A stretch of 64,000 nucleotides of DNA from contig MNCI01000130.1 in assembly GCA_015680685.1 (NCBI GenBank), positions 3,566 through 67,565 on the forward strand, read 5' to 3'. Position 1 is the stretch's first letter. The number at the start of each line of letters is the position of its first letter. The DNA is from Gnetum montanum (lineage: Eukaryota; Plantae; Gnetophyta). The notes below the pieces were generated by a model, which worked only from the letters and a program-made list of their open reading frames with translations, did no database searches and was not told where the DNA came from. Both the position numbers and the translations under genes were made by a program. Below are positions 26,316 to 38,860 of the stretch, piece after piece.

Positions 26316-29034
26316 ACAGGATTTTGGTGTTCGCTGGTCTTTGGCAACACCAAGGCCTAGATACCTCCAAATAGACTCAATAGTTAAATGCACGTATGTG
26401 TTTGCTATTGCGAATGTTGAAATAGTTGAGTCATGTATAAAATTGTAATCAATTATCATGAAAGAGATTTGGCTAAATTTTGTAAAATACTGTGAGTTGT
26501 TGGAGATTCTTATTTTGTTTAATCACTTAGTCTATATGATCCTTATAATGCCTACTAGTAACAAATAAAATTTTGCAAAAATCATTTAAGCACAACTCTG
26601 CCAATTTACTCCTAATTTCCCTCAAAGAGAGAAAGTTTCTCAAGAAACTAGAAAAAGAGCAAAATTCAATGGAAAGAGAAAGAAAAGAAAGCAAATTTGT
26701 GTAAAAATCTCAAATATTTAAGCAAGGTACATTGATATGAGGAAACACTTCCCAATAAAGTCATCCCTAATTCAATATCTATGAATTGTTCAAAACTTTA
26801 TAGGTTCAAACAAGCAATTTCTTAAAGACAATCCTACTACACTACCAAAAATTATTGCATAAACTATCACATATAAGTCTCTATTTCAGCTAGATAATAG
26901 TTGTCAACAATTGTGTACAATAGAACTTTCAAAGATTTGACAATTTCTTGTTGAAATACCAAGGGAATATACTTTAAAAATTAAAAAGCTATTTCAGTCC
27001 TATCAAAATACCAAAGATTTTTTAAACCCTCCAAACTATTGAATTGCTCAACTGGCTTGTCTACAGCAGAGTCTCTCTTGTAGCAATCCTACTAATATTC
27101 TTAAAAATTGCATAATAATAGACTTCTCTATTAAATTGCTCTTGAGGCTTTCCAACATGAGCTCATTTATAACAAATTTTAATAGGAGTTTATTACCATA
27201 TAACAAATGAACTATAAAAGCAATCTAAAAATCCAAAATTTTAATGACAAGCATGACACTACCTAAACCGCTAGCTATGCAACTAAAACAAAATAGGAAA
27301 GAATGAACTCATAAGACTAAACAAAGTAGCTGAAATAATATCTTTAGTAATCCATCTTCCAAGCATTTTAAAATGTCTTCTTGATCCTCCATCTAAAAAG
27401 CCCCCCTTACATTCTACCCTTAAAGCCTTTTTATAGTGGCTTCAAGGTAGTTATAATCATTATCTAGGTTGGTTGTAACCACTAAAAAAAAGCTATACTT
27501 GACATATGTGTGGTAGTTACAACCACCATGGAGACTAGGAAGCTAGAGTTGACAAGTGCTTGGTAGTTACAACTACAATGGTAGTTAATTGTAACTACTA
27601 TAGAAAAAATAAGTATGGTAGCCAAATGCCCCATTTTTTTCCTAAATAATAGCTTCTCTCTTTTTAAAAAAAATGCATAGAGCTGAATTGATTATATTAA
27701 TGGTTACACTATCAATAGAAAAAAATAATCTCTAGAGCACGAAATTTCGTAAGGTCATGTCCCTCTATATATGAAATGTGTCACATTTATAGGCAAATCA
27801 TGGACCCAAAGTTTTTTTCTTTTGCCTTGGACTTTAAATTAATTTAAATGAGACATTTGACTACCAAAACCCTCCTAGTCAAAACTATACACATCCTCCA
27901 CTGCCACTACATTGTCCATCGCATCTACTATTGCCCAACCACAAGGAGACACATCCATACCTTCTGGCATATCATGCGTTAACAAAATTAATGCCTCATT
28001 CCTACTCAATTTGGGAGAAAAAAAATGAGTGACCACTATAGCCCAAGGTAATGCTCTTGGAACTCTAAACATAACCTCCCTTATGACCACCTATGATGGT
28101 AAAAATTTGGACTGCAATGCTAACAAACACACCGAGGTCTCCAGAGTATAATTGACAGATGTTGAGGAGCACCTACGATCAAAGTTGAAGGTATCCATTA
28201 GGGCATTGGCCTATTGGCAACCTTGATGTGCATGATGCCCTTGAAACCCTTGCCATCATTGTTAAATGCTGAGAAATGAGTTCAGAACCAACCATGATGA
28301 AAGCATGCCGAAATTTGACCACCATGCCAACATCGTGGATGCCATGCTACTGCCACTAATGTAAGTGTTATTGAATTGAGTAGTGGTTGTTATTGATGAG
28401 GGTGAAGGTCCTGTTGATGACACATTTGCCACCACTACAAATTAAAACCCTACCGCTATGTTTGGTCGTGTTGCCCTAGGATGCTCTACGTCTAGTTGCT
28501 ACCGTGGATCAAAACCTTGCCACTGCCATTTCTCATAGTTATGGTATCAGGGTAAATCTAGCATGTCTTAACTTGAATCTAGTAGCCTATTTATTTTCAT
28601 TCTTAGATTATTTTCATACTTATGTGCTCTTTTCCTTATAATTAATATTTTGGTAATCCCTTGTTCTCCAAATTTTAGGGCTTTTATTCATCTTGTTTAA
28701 TCCACTATAAAATATTATCCAGATTCAAATTTCCAAATCCACATTTGTTATTTTTAGTTATGGATTGCACACATAATGGATCTACTATAGGAAACTTGAA
28801 TAATATGAACAACAATTTTTTATTTTTGCTTCATTTGATTCTTGCTCTTCAACTTGGATTTTTCATTTTAATTAAAGATGGACATTGCACATCCATTTCT
28901 TGCTTGGTGCCCTCAACAATGGAACTCAAAACTGATTGTATCTCTTAAATTTTTTTTTAAATTTCAAAATAGATCATATAATTAACAAAATCCCTTATTA
29001 CGCTTGTTCCATGAAATGGTCAAATGTGAGAACA
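26316..29034 (-). repeat. 5' LTR of the Tat-like element, lacking ~45 bp at the U5 end
   Basis: Homologous to ~14160-16874, and ends CAAATGTGAGAACA followed by the TSD ATAGG. Confidence 0.9.
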
Positions 29035-29699
29035 ATAGGGTAATATTATCTTGCCACTTGAACGTTTAGCACCATTAATGCTTTAAGCAACCCTCATAAG
29101 GTGAAATCTTGGCCATGTTTAAGAAGGATATCAAGTTACTAAAAACATGACCACACCATATCAGCTAACATAGGCTCAAGCGAGAAGGAATGCTATTATG
29201 AAGGCAAGATATGAACAAGATAAAGGAAAGAAAGCATCAGAGACAATTGTCCTTAAAGCAAAAGAAGATGCTCCATTTTAAGCTAAAAAATTCTATTAGA
29301 CTCATGGATCTCATTCCTAGACATCGATAATATGTATTGAAGATCCTATAAAAATAAAGTTACATTCAACTCTTGTAGAAATCCTTGAAAAAAAAAAGGA
29401 CTTCAAACTTAGGAGGAATTTAGGACCTACTACCTCCAATGTATCTAGAAGAGATGAATTAAGAAGTCATAAAACAAGAATCATTCAATGTTGTTCTCCA
29501 ACTCTCTCATCTTTTTCCTTACATTCATCAATAAATTCTGACAAGAGAGAATGAAGACCAAGGAATCACAATAGAGAAAGAAGAAGAGATCATAAGAGAT
29601 AAGTAAACGTAAGAAGACATCCAAATGAAGAAGAAGACGACCATGAAGAAAGAGAATAAAGGATTAGACATGAAAGAAAAGAGCATCATGGGAATTGGA

Positions 29700-32330
29700 G
29701 GGGTCACTACTATAACAGAGCCTACAAACCTAAACATTATGAAGAACCCTTATTAGCAGCTTGCAATATGTTCAACATCAGAGCAGTAGTGTACATTCCT
29801 ACTAGGCATTTAAGGGATAGCTGCATCAAGTAACTTTACATAAATAATACTTCAAAATTCAAAAGCATATATAATGCAAATCCACAACATCATCTCCAAG
29901 CCTTCCACAATGCTTGTGCTCTACAAAATATAGATAATTATTGACAAAAACTAAAGTTATTTTGATTAACAAAAACTAAAGTTATTTTCTAAAACACTCA
30001 TTAACGAAGCAAAGATCTGGTACAAATCCTTAGAGCTAGTATCAATCCAAAGATGGAGTAAAATGCTAGAGCTTTTTAATGATGAGTATCAAACTTACTT
30101 TAGAGTGTCGAATCTAAGAAAATAGATCCAAGGATGAAAACAAGGAACATATGAATCCATTGATGCAACAATGGGTAGGTATTACTCATTATTATATTAA
30201 TGCCCAGGGAATGGATTTTCCCAAAAGGAACAACTATGACATATCATCGATGAGCTAAGAAACAAAATAATAGAAATCCTTGGAGTATATGTCTAAGGTA
30301 GACTATCTAAGATGATAGCTTATCGAATCCAACAATTGATAAAGCAAGTAACAAAAGACGAAGGGAAGCTACAAAAAAGTGAATTAGTTGAATAATATAA
30401 TAAAGACCTAAATATCAAAAAAAGAGATGTAAGAATATGCGAAACACAAGAAGAAGATGCAATTTAGCAAAAGACTCTACCTATTTAAAAATTAGTCAAT
30501 GATATCACAACAAAGTTAAAGAAAATGTGGGATTCTATGGATAAAAATTTTGTTATAGGACTCAAGATAGTGGAGGAGAGAACTAAACAAGCTTTTAACC
30601 AAAATAAGGATAGAAAGAAGAAAAAGGACAATGGATGTGAGAACTATAAGAATAAAGGAAAAGTTGCTACAATAGAGAAAGTAACAGACTCAAGCTCAAA
30701 AAATGATGTAGGTTGCAAAGTGTGCTAATATGAACATTCTAAGGGATATTGTCCCATCATGGTCCACCTCTAGGAGTCCATGGAATATGTACTCAATCCG
30801 AGATTTCTTAAGAAATAAATGCTTAGGTGATTACCTTATCCACAAGGTAATTTAGGGAACCTTACCAACAATCGTACTATCCAAGCGTGGCTTATCTTCA
30901 ACCTAAAGTATAACACCAGTAGCAATGGCAACAACCACAATTATGGAAAATGCCACCACCAAGGTAGCAGTATCCATATAGACAACTAGGCTCCTATGGA
31001 TACTATGTACAATGTTCTATCTCTCTTTGAAACACTTTTGTTCATACTTCCTCTTCCTATTACTCATCCAAATACCATAGGCCTACAACCTCACCTATGG
31101 ATCATCATCCTTACACGTCTCAACCACCAGTGGGTCCCTCTGATCAAACTCCTAATTCATTACCGCTAGTACCACCATCGATCATGCAACGGGAACTACC
31201 AACATAGCGAAAGCAGAAAAATGCTACTAAGGTAGTTAGTATACAAAGAGAGGATCATACTGGAAATAGTACATGAAAATCTAGGAAACATCCTTTCTTT
31301 AGGACAAGTCTAGAAAAGACTTGAAGGACGGGGACTTTATCTAACTTAGCTCCTTCCACACAAAGTCCTTAAAATAGTACCATGCTTTTGCAACAAATAA
31401 ACTAGAAGATTACAACTCTCATGCTTGCTAATACAGTATTAGATTGGATAAAAGTAGAAACTCTTTCTAAGAAAAGGATGGATTCTAGAAACCCTCTAAT
31501 TTCATTGCAAATTATTGAAAATATACTATGTAAAGCTTTACTGGATTCTAGGTTAAGAGTAAATCTTATTTCTCAAGATATGTTTAAGGCTTGGAATTTA
31601 CCCCCATTAAAGAAGTAACAAATAAGACTAGAGCTTGGAAATCAATCAGTTACAACTCCTTTGGGGCAGATAAAAAATATATGGTAACCACTATCAATGG
31701 GTGGTCTTATCCAACAAATTTTCTTTTGACTAATGTAAAGAATGATAACAAGGACTTTTTTATTATTATGGGGAGAGCATGGCTTAGTACAATTGATGCT
31801 AAGCTAGGAATCAAAGACTTATCCTTGGAAATTTTCAAGAAAGATAAGCAAGGAACCATAAAAATGCAAAGAACTCCATGCATTACTTACAATGAAGAAG
31901 GGTGTAGTTTTGAACTAAAAATTAAAAACTTCAACATGATCCTTACACTAGCCCACAACAAATTTAAAAAATAATTGTGTATACAAAAAAGAATAATGGC
32001 CATTAAACCAAAAGACATCTAGTGGTTAAGAAATGAGAACATAAAACTATCCAAGACATGCATGAAAACATCCAACTCACTTATTAACTCTTACCTTAAG
32101 AAAATGAATCAAATTGAGAACTCACAGAGGGATATCCTAAACTAGGATCATACACTAACAATAAGTAGTAAACATAGAAACTCAAAACCTAAAATTAAGA
32201 ATAAACAAGAAAACATATTGGTATTTTCTAAAATGGAAAGACCATATTTTCCAACAAGATATGTGTCTCCAAATGATCAAAATTTGATTTTCATTAATGT
32301 TACATGGGATAATAAATGAAAACATAAATC
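29700..32330 (+). pseudogene. Athila-like gag and protease remnant, with RT/RH/INT core absent
   Basis: gag-like HLQAFHNACALQNI...TLINEAKIWYKSL...WSKMLELFNDEY, a Pro/Gln-rich spacer, and protease KALLDSRLRVNLIS...IIMGRAWLSTIDAKL. Confidence 0.75.
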
Positions 32331-34005
32331 ATTAAGGATTATAAGCAAGAAACCTATAATGTATGATCCTAGGGATGTATGGTCCATTTTTCAAATACTT
32401 ATTCATGAGTTCAATTTTGGGGAAGATGTTCTATTTTGAATTGGGAATTGATAAGTGCATTTTAACTTTTTTGTTTTATAATTTTTTGGTTTACAAGTTT
32501 GGATCATACTTTTCTAAATTTTTACCATTTTCTACATTATTTAATATCTTTTATATTCTTTCATATTTTTCACATTTTTTTATCATTTTTCATTCTTTAA
32601 TATCTTTCAAATTCTTTATATGTTTTCTATTCTTACCCATTTCTCATTCTTCTATGATTTTATCATTTTTCATGCATATAACTTTTGTTGATTTTTCTAA
32701 TAAAGTGTAAAGAAATAAAAAGGATGTGGTTGAAATGATGAGAATTTCACCCTATGATATCAAGTCATCAAAGGATTGATTGTATATACAATGGTACCAC
32801 ATCATCCATCCACTCATTTCCAATAATAAGAGATTCTTACCATGGACATAATGACATTCTTCCACAATAAAACTAAAATAAACTTAGGATCATTATGCTT
32901 GGATGGAAATTTAAAGAACCAAGTGGGAATGAAAAGGGCATGACATCAAAAGGATTCGTGAATTATTTAAAGCTACTACTATAAGTCTTATTATGTAGTT
33001 AATATGTATGATTTACTTGAGTACTAACAAAAAATGGAAGTGTGTCCTGAAATAAGTGCTACCTTACCATGTCACTAGAAAGACATGTTACCCATGCCTA
33101 AAGGTAGTCCTTTGGTAAGATTGACATAATAATAATCTAAAAATTGCATATAATCAAATTTGTAGGAGTTCCACTAAAAAGACATATTATCCTTGCTTGA
33201 AGGTAGGTAACTTCTCAAAAATTTCAATGTTTCTTGGACTCACATTGATTATGGGGCTAGAAAGACATGTTACCCATTCCTGAAGACACTCCTTTGTCCA
33301 ATGGCCAAGTCTCATTTAAAATAAACTATGTAGTAACAAAATTTCTTTATTGTGGTTCATTGCCAAGTAATAATATTTCTTATAGTTGTGATAGTCTTGT
33401 GATTCTCAGTTTTGGGATGATACAATGCAATGTCACTGGTAAGTGGTATGGGCTCAATTTGATCTTGGACAAAAAGCCTACTGATCATTTTAGCCATGCA
33501 ATACACATAGAATTTATTATGTTTATGGTAAGATACATCATGTCCCATTTTATGAAATCCCTACTACTACCATTCCACCTCACTACTATATATAATTATA
33601 ATTTGATGCTTTTATATAATATAGCATTATTTTCTTATTGGAGCAATACTAACATGTATGTCTTGAAAAATAGGTATGATTTACATTCAACTCCTTGAGT
33701 CCCTACAGATACTTGTAGGTGTGGTTATACAAGAGCATTAAAGATAAGAGCCTACTTTGGGGAGGATCCACTTGTATAACTCTTGTGTTTCATACTTGAT
33801 GACTAATTCCACATCATCCTATATCTTCTGAATACTTAAACAATCATTATTATTTCCCTACATATGTGTATTCAGTCATAAGTTCAACAATTTTGATCAA
33901 CCATATTCTAAAAGCTTAATTGACTTACCTTAAACAAAATCATTCTTTCACATACTTTTGATGATCAATTATTACATTATAAGCATCATCTATGATCAAG
34001 AACCC

Positions 34006-34199
34006 TGATGAGTGGCGAGGTACCCCTACACTCAACCATATGAAACGAGCGTCGCACGCGCGATCCGGTCGAACTCCGCAGATGGACTAGTTGTGGCACC
34101 TAGATAGTTAGCCTTAGGTCGCAGTTCGCTGTCTTCCCGTCTAGACTAGTTTTGCATATGTCACGTATGGTTTAGTCTAGATGAGGTGTATGATGTGTT
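34006..34199 (-). repeat. U5 end of a young (CpG-rich) Athila-like LTR running into a gap
   Basis: TGATGAGTGGCGAGGTACCCCTACACTCAACC is near-identical to the LTR end at 42486. The left flank is AACCC. Confidence 0.85.
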
Positions 34200-35192
34200 N
34201 NNNNNNNNNNNNNNNNNNNNNNNNNNNNNNNNNNNNNNNNNNNNNNNNNNNNNNNNNNNNNNNNNNNNNNNNNNNNNNNNNNNNNNNNNNNNNNNNNNNN
34301 NNNNNNNNNNNNNNNNNNNNNNNNNNNNNNNNNNNNNNNNNNNNNNNNNNNNNNNNNNNNNNNNNNNNNNNNNNNNNNNNNNNNNNNNNNNNNNNNNNNN
34401 NNNNNNNNNNNNNNNNNNNNNNNNNNNNNNNNNNNNNNNNNNNNNNNNNNNNNNNNNNNNNNNNNNNNNNNNNNNNNNNNNNNNNNNNNNNNNNNNNNNN
34501 NNNNNNNNNNNNNNNNNNNNNNNNNNNNNNNNNNNNNNNNNNNNNNNNNNNNNNNNNNNNNNNNNNNNNNNNNNNNNNNNNNNNNNNNNNNNNNNNNNNN
34601 NNNNNNNNNNNNNNNNNNNNNNNNNNNNNNNNNNNNNNNNNNNNNNNNNNNNNNNNNNNNNAACTTTCATTGGATTTTTGGTTTTGATAACAATATTTAT
34701 TCATTGTCAACTTTATTTTTAATTTTAATTTAGATTGCAAAGCTAGGAAAACTTGTTACAATTAATCTTTACAGACTTATCACAATCTTCAATTTTTTAT
34801 TGAAAACACATTTGAATGATCATTTGAAAAGAAACATTAAGTTTATTAGCTTATGTTAGATTATGATTTGATTATCCTAAGAAAATAAGAATAACTCAAA
34901 TTAGACATGTAGTGAGGAAGATATGGAGCTTTAAAGGTTTGAAAGTCTGAAAAATAGCATGAACTCCCTAGGTGTGAAATGAGGAAATGAAAAATTTTCC
35001 TAACGATTCACACATATATATAGATTTTATAAGGGATGTATTGTAGATATGACATTGTGGATATGATATCGTAGAGGCTCATATATTGTATCTATGATAT
35101 CATCATTGAACTTTTCAAAAAATTTGCAAGTTTTAGTACAAAAAAAGAACAAAATGAATAGTGTGAAAGGTGTAAAGATGATCCATAGGGTT

Positions 35193-35241
35193 TGATGAGA
35201 CGTGGTCTGCGTCGGCTGCGATATCGCGTACGCGATATCGC
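35193..35241 (+). repeat. U3 start of a young Athila-like LTR running into a gap
   Basis: TGATGAGACG...GCGATATCGC motifs as at 42049. The left flank GGGTT is the reverse complement of AACCC. Confidence 0.7.
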
Positions 35242-35279
35242 NTTATGATAGCATAGGTTTTAAATTATTAGAATTCTTT

Positions 35280-38030
35280 ATGACTGCAGATGCTGCCAAA
35301 AGACCTGAAGTTGGATGAGCACCATAACCAAGGGAGAAAAGACCCAAGGAAAGAGGTAGAGGATGAGGTAGAGGACAAACTCCTCCTACTAGGCAAAAGG
35401 CACAATCATATAGTATTAAGCAACCTACACTTGTGACTAAACAATTTGCATAGGCAAAAGCTAATGCACTACCTGGTCTAGAATAAGGGCAATATCTTAC
35501 AGTCTCCAATGAGTGTTTACAAGCAATTCAAGAGAAGTCCATCATGTCCATTGTCATAGTGGAACTAAATTTTGGATTCCACATGGAGTTTGCACCTGCG
35601 AAGGTCTATGAACAACTACAAGCCTCTCCCATATGGCCAACCATCTTAAGTAATGGTGAATGGTACTTGGAAGAAGTTTATCAATTTTGAAAAAATAAAC
35701 AAGATGATGGCATCATAAAAGTTGAGGAAGTCACAATGCAATACTTTGTAGAAGTAATTGCAAAGGTACTAAATATACCAAATGTTAGACCCAACATAGC
35801 TTAACTATCTACAAGGTCCGACACAAATGTAAGTAATCTATGGCTACATAGGGCATATAGAACCATTGAAAAAAAGTATAGAGGATAATACACTACTAAG
35901 AAGATTTATTTCAAGATTGGGACATACAACATATTCTCAATGAATAGGATTAATCAAATTTCTGCCTATGTTGCTAGATGAAGTGTTATCCTAATGGAGA
36001 AATTCCAAGCTAACATCATCTATCTACAATTCCTAGAGATACAAAGAAGATTTAAGAAGAAGAAGATAGAGAAATCCACTTTGTCATTCCCTTGTCTTAT
36101 TAGGTAATTATACTGATAAGTTGGAATTTTAGGCTATACTAATGATGTTCTTCACAAAGCACAAAATGCATCACATGCTGGAATCTCCAAGCCAATGCTA
36201 GCCAAGAAGAATCAAGTTGAGAAACCAGCAAGCACTAAGGTTGCAGCAAGATCCGCATTAGTGGCAATTATTCCAATCATAGGAACAAAATAAGTAATGG
36301 ACCAACTTCAATTGCAAGACAAACAAAACAACGTGATTCACTAGCACAACAAAAATATAGATCCTTTATTAGCCACCTACAATAGATCGCAAAAAAAAAT
36401 AAGTTGGGATAACAAAGAGGTCTCAAGTATGTATAGAGTCAGGGATAATCTCAATAGACCTGCCATATCAATAGGATTGACAAGTGGTCAAGTCTTTTTG
36501 TGGAAAAAAAAGGATAATGACTAGGCATAGCAAATCTCAGGGAATGTTGCATCCTTCCAAGTAATTTTGAAAATAGAAGAAGGAGCCACAGTTATGGTAA
36601 TGCAACATCAAGATGCAACAGGAGTAGTAGAAGTTATAACTAATCATATCAAGGAATCCTTCAATGTTCATATTGTGCCACCAATTGATATTATTAGAAC
36701 TAAAGATCTAGAAACCATAGGTAGAACATTAATGACCACTACAAAGCATGAAGATCTGTTAGAAAGATTGTTTTAGACATGACAAGTCATGTAGAAACTT
36801 TTTGATATCCCTAATGATATCACCATAGTCTAGTTTGAATAAATGTCCATAAAAGGTAAGCTGGTCATGTCAAAAACTAAGATGCAACACATAGAGAGTG
36901 AAGTGCAAAGGTTACAAGAAAAATTAGCTACACTGAGAGCTAAGAGAAGGGACCCTACGTGACACATTATACCTCGCTAGCTTGAACAATTCAAACATGA
37001 GCAAATTGGCCAACTGATGGTCAAACACAAACACATGGAGATAGAAAAGAAGAAGGAAGTCAAGAATGTTTTAATAGTAGACACTCAAACATACACACAT
37101 GCTAATGCTATTGCTGCACTAGAGGAGGAAAACAAAAGAATTGTTGTAAAGAACTTAAGGTTAATAGACATTGAAAAATAGAAAAATATGTTAGAAGAAA
37201 ACATTCATCAATTAAGAGAGCAATTTGCTAGAGTTAAACTTGATATAAGACAATTGATCCTTGAGAATAGAATATTATCAATGGAAGAAGTATATGCAGT
37301 ACAACGAAAATCAGTGCATGAAAAAATAAGGCCAAGAAGCATGAAGGTTGAAAGAGCACCTCAATAAGAAAGAAATCCATATGGCCAAAGCTAGAATCAC
37401 TTCCATCACAAAACAGACATCTAATTGAAAATCCATCCTGGACAGCCTTACCCATGTTCATCAAGCCAAGATTAAAAATAAAGACTTATAGAATGAAGAC
37501 CTAATAGAATACATGGGGTTAGAAAATCTTTGATATGCTAACTTGGCCATGTTGTCAATAGGTAGGCTAAGAATAGATTTAGAGTAGCAAGTGGCTATAG
37601 TATACTTAATGTATGAAAAAAAATTTGTAGATAAGAATGATGCATAATAGAAGCTTCACATGGTAAACTATGAATTACAAGTAGCCAAGACTATCTTCAA
37701 GGATCAAGAATATGCAACTGTAAACCTAGCCAGAAGAATGATAGATTATTAGAAATTGGAGAAAGTGGCCAAGACTTTTGAGGTAGAAAGGACGCAGTTT
37801 GCAACATGGTATGTTAAGAAAAATAAGCTATTTTCACAACTATCATATCCTTGGACAATGTTGACTCAAGCCAACATTGTTGAATTCACATGAATAGTAC
37901 ATGATCCTAAATCAGAGGAAGAGAAGCTCATAGCATTACTAAATTAATATCAGTTCCAAAAGCCACATAATAAAGGAAAAAAGCTAGTGAAGAAGCCATC
38001 ACTACCTGAACTTGAAGACAGCTACATCGA
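35280..38030 (+). pseudogene. Decayed extra ORF of the Athila-like element (N-terminal region resembling Athila-type 'plant transposon protein', plus a long coiled-coil)
   Basis: MTADAAKRP...RGRG*GRG...WYLEEVYQF*KN...GIIKVEEVTMQYFVEVIAKVLNIPNV, followed by E/K/Q-rich heptads. It lies just before the PPT and 3' LTR. A homologous segment sits in the 8669-10329 element. Confidence 0.6.
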
Positions 38031-38243
38031 GCTTAGTTTCGTTTTACTTTTATTATATGTGTCAATCATGCATTGCATGATAATTCTTTTAACACCACTC
38101 GAACCATGATGTGACTTTCATAGGAGAGTCAGTTATGTAAATATGTATAGTATTGAACTCTATATAATCCCACAAGTTTATACAGAACTCTATCCTCTTT
38201 TTGTTTGAACTCAAGAATGAGTTTTCAGTCAGTCGTGGGATTA

Positions 38244-38860
38244 TGATGAAACAATTTATGTGTGAGTCTATAATATCATAGTTATGATACGGTAGCTCTG
38301 CATATAGCTTTGTAGATACGATGTGGTAGGTCATGGTCATGCTTATAAATACCAATCCACTATCACATTGAAGACAAATTTTCCCATCAATTAGTGAAAT
38401 TCTTGCAGTTTGTTTTCTTAAAGTTAAAGTTAAAGTGAATGCTTGTAGTGTGGTAAATTATAGTTGTACAAAATCTTTATTCGAGTTTATTATTCCTAGA
38501 CATAATTCATGAATGGAAATAAAGATCAAAATTGTTCATCATTGCAGCATATAACTCAACATAGATTTACTTTTCCATAATGTTTAACTTTACTAAGTCA
38601 TTTACGTTTCCTAAGTCACTTAAAATTCCAATGTTCATTATTAAGGTGAAATAAGTACAGCTAGTTTGAAGTGTAAAATATAATTGTTTGGTAATCTAGT
38701 AGTAACTTTGCTTGATTCATTCAATAGTAAAGTTGCTTGGTAATCCTAGTAATAGTTACATTAGCTCAAGACATGCATGAAAAAAGAGGACTAGATGCTT
38801 ATCACCATAGGATAAAATAAATTTACATTTTCACTTTACTTAGTATTAGAATTTATATTT
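38244..38860 (+). repeat. 3' LTR (truncated) of the Athila-like element
   Basis: Preceded by the family 3' flank and PPT (GAGTTTTCAGTCAGTCGTGGGATTA). Colinear with 12906-~13540. Confidence 0.85.

Larger units (their letters stand above)
14117..29034 (-). mobile_element. Tat-like (OTA/Tat) Ty3/gypsy retrotransposon with ~2.75-kb LTRs; gag and PBS deleted
   Basis: Termini TGTTGG...AACA with a perfect TSD ATAGG (14112-14116 and 29035-29039). LTRs at 14117-16874 and ~26316-29034. Minus-strand pol order is PR-aRH-RT-RH-INT. Confidence 0.92.
12906..38860 (+). mobile_element. Large Athila-like gypsy element acting as host for nested insertions (LTR pairing tentative)
   Basis: 5' LTR and PBS; leader split by the 14117-29034 insertion; gag at ~29800-30400; protease at ~31500-31900; extra ORF at 35280-38030; PPT-like GTGGGATTA; and a 3' LTR at 38244 that begins with the same TGATGAAACAATTTATGTGT. 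The two LTRs are clearly diverged and gaps lie between them. Confidence 0.6.

Noticed and set aside
32720-32840. Minus-strand GNEWMDDVVPLYI, resembling a Ulp1 protease motif
   Set aside because: Too short, interrupted by stops, and no catalytic His/Cys motifs follow.
34005-34055. Hammerhead-ribozyme-like words CTGATGAG...GAAAC...GTC at an LTR end (possible retrozyme)
   Set aside because: The C of CTGATGA belongs to the flanking TSD, stems I and III do not form, and GAAAC is not conserved in sister LTRs (42486, 8669, 25346).
34161-34740. Long X-filled ORFs here and at 47804-48502
   Set aside because: These are artefacts of N runs.
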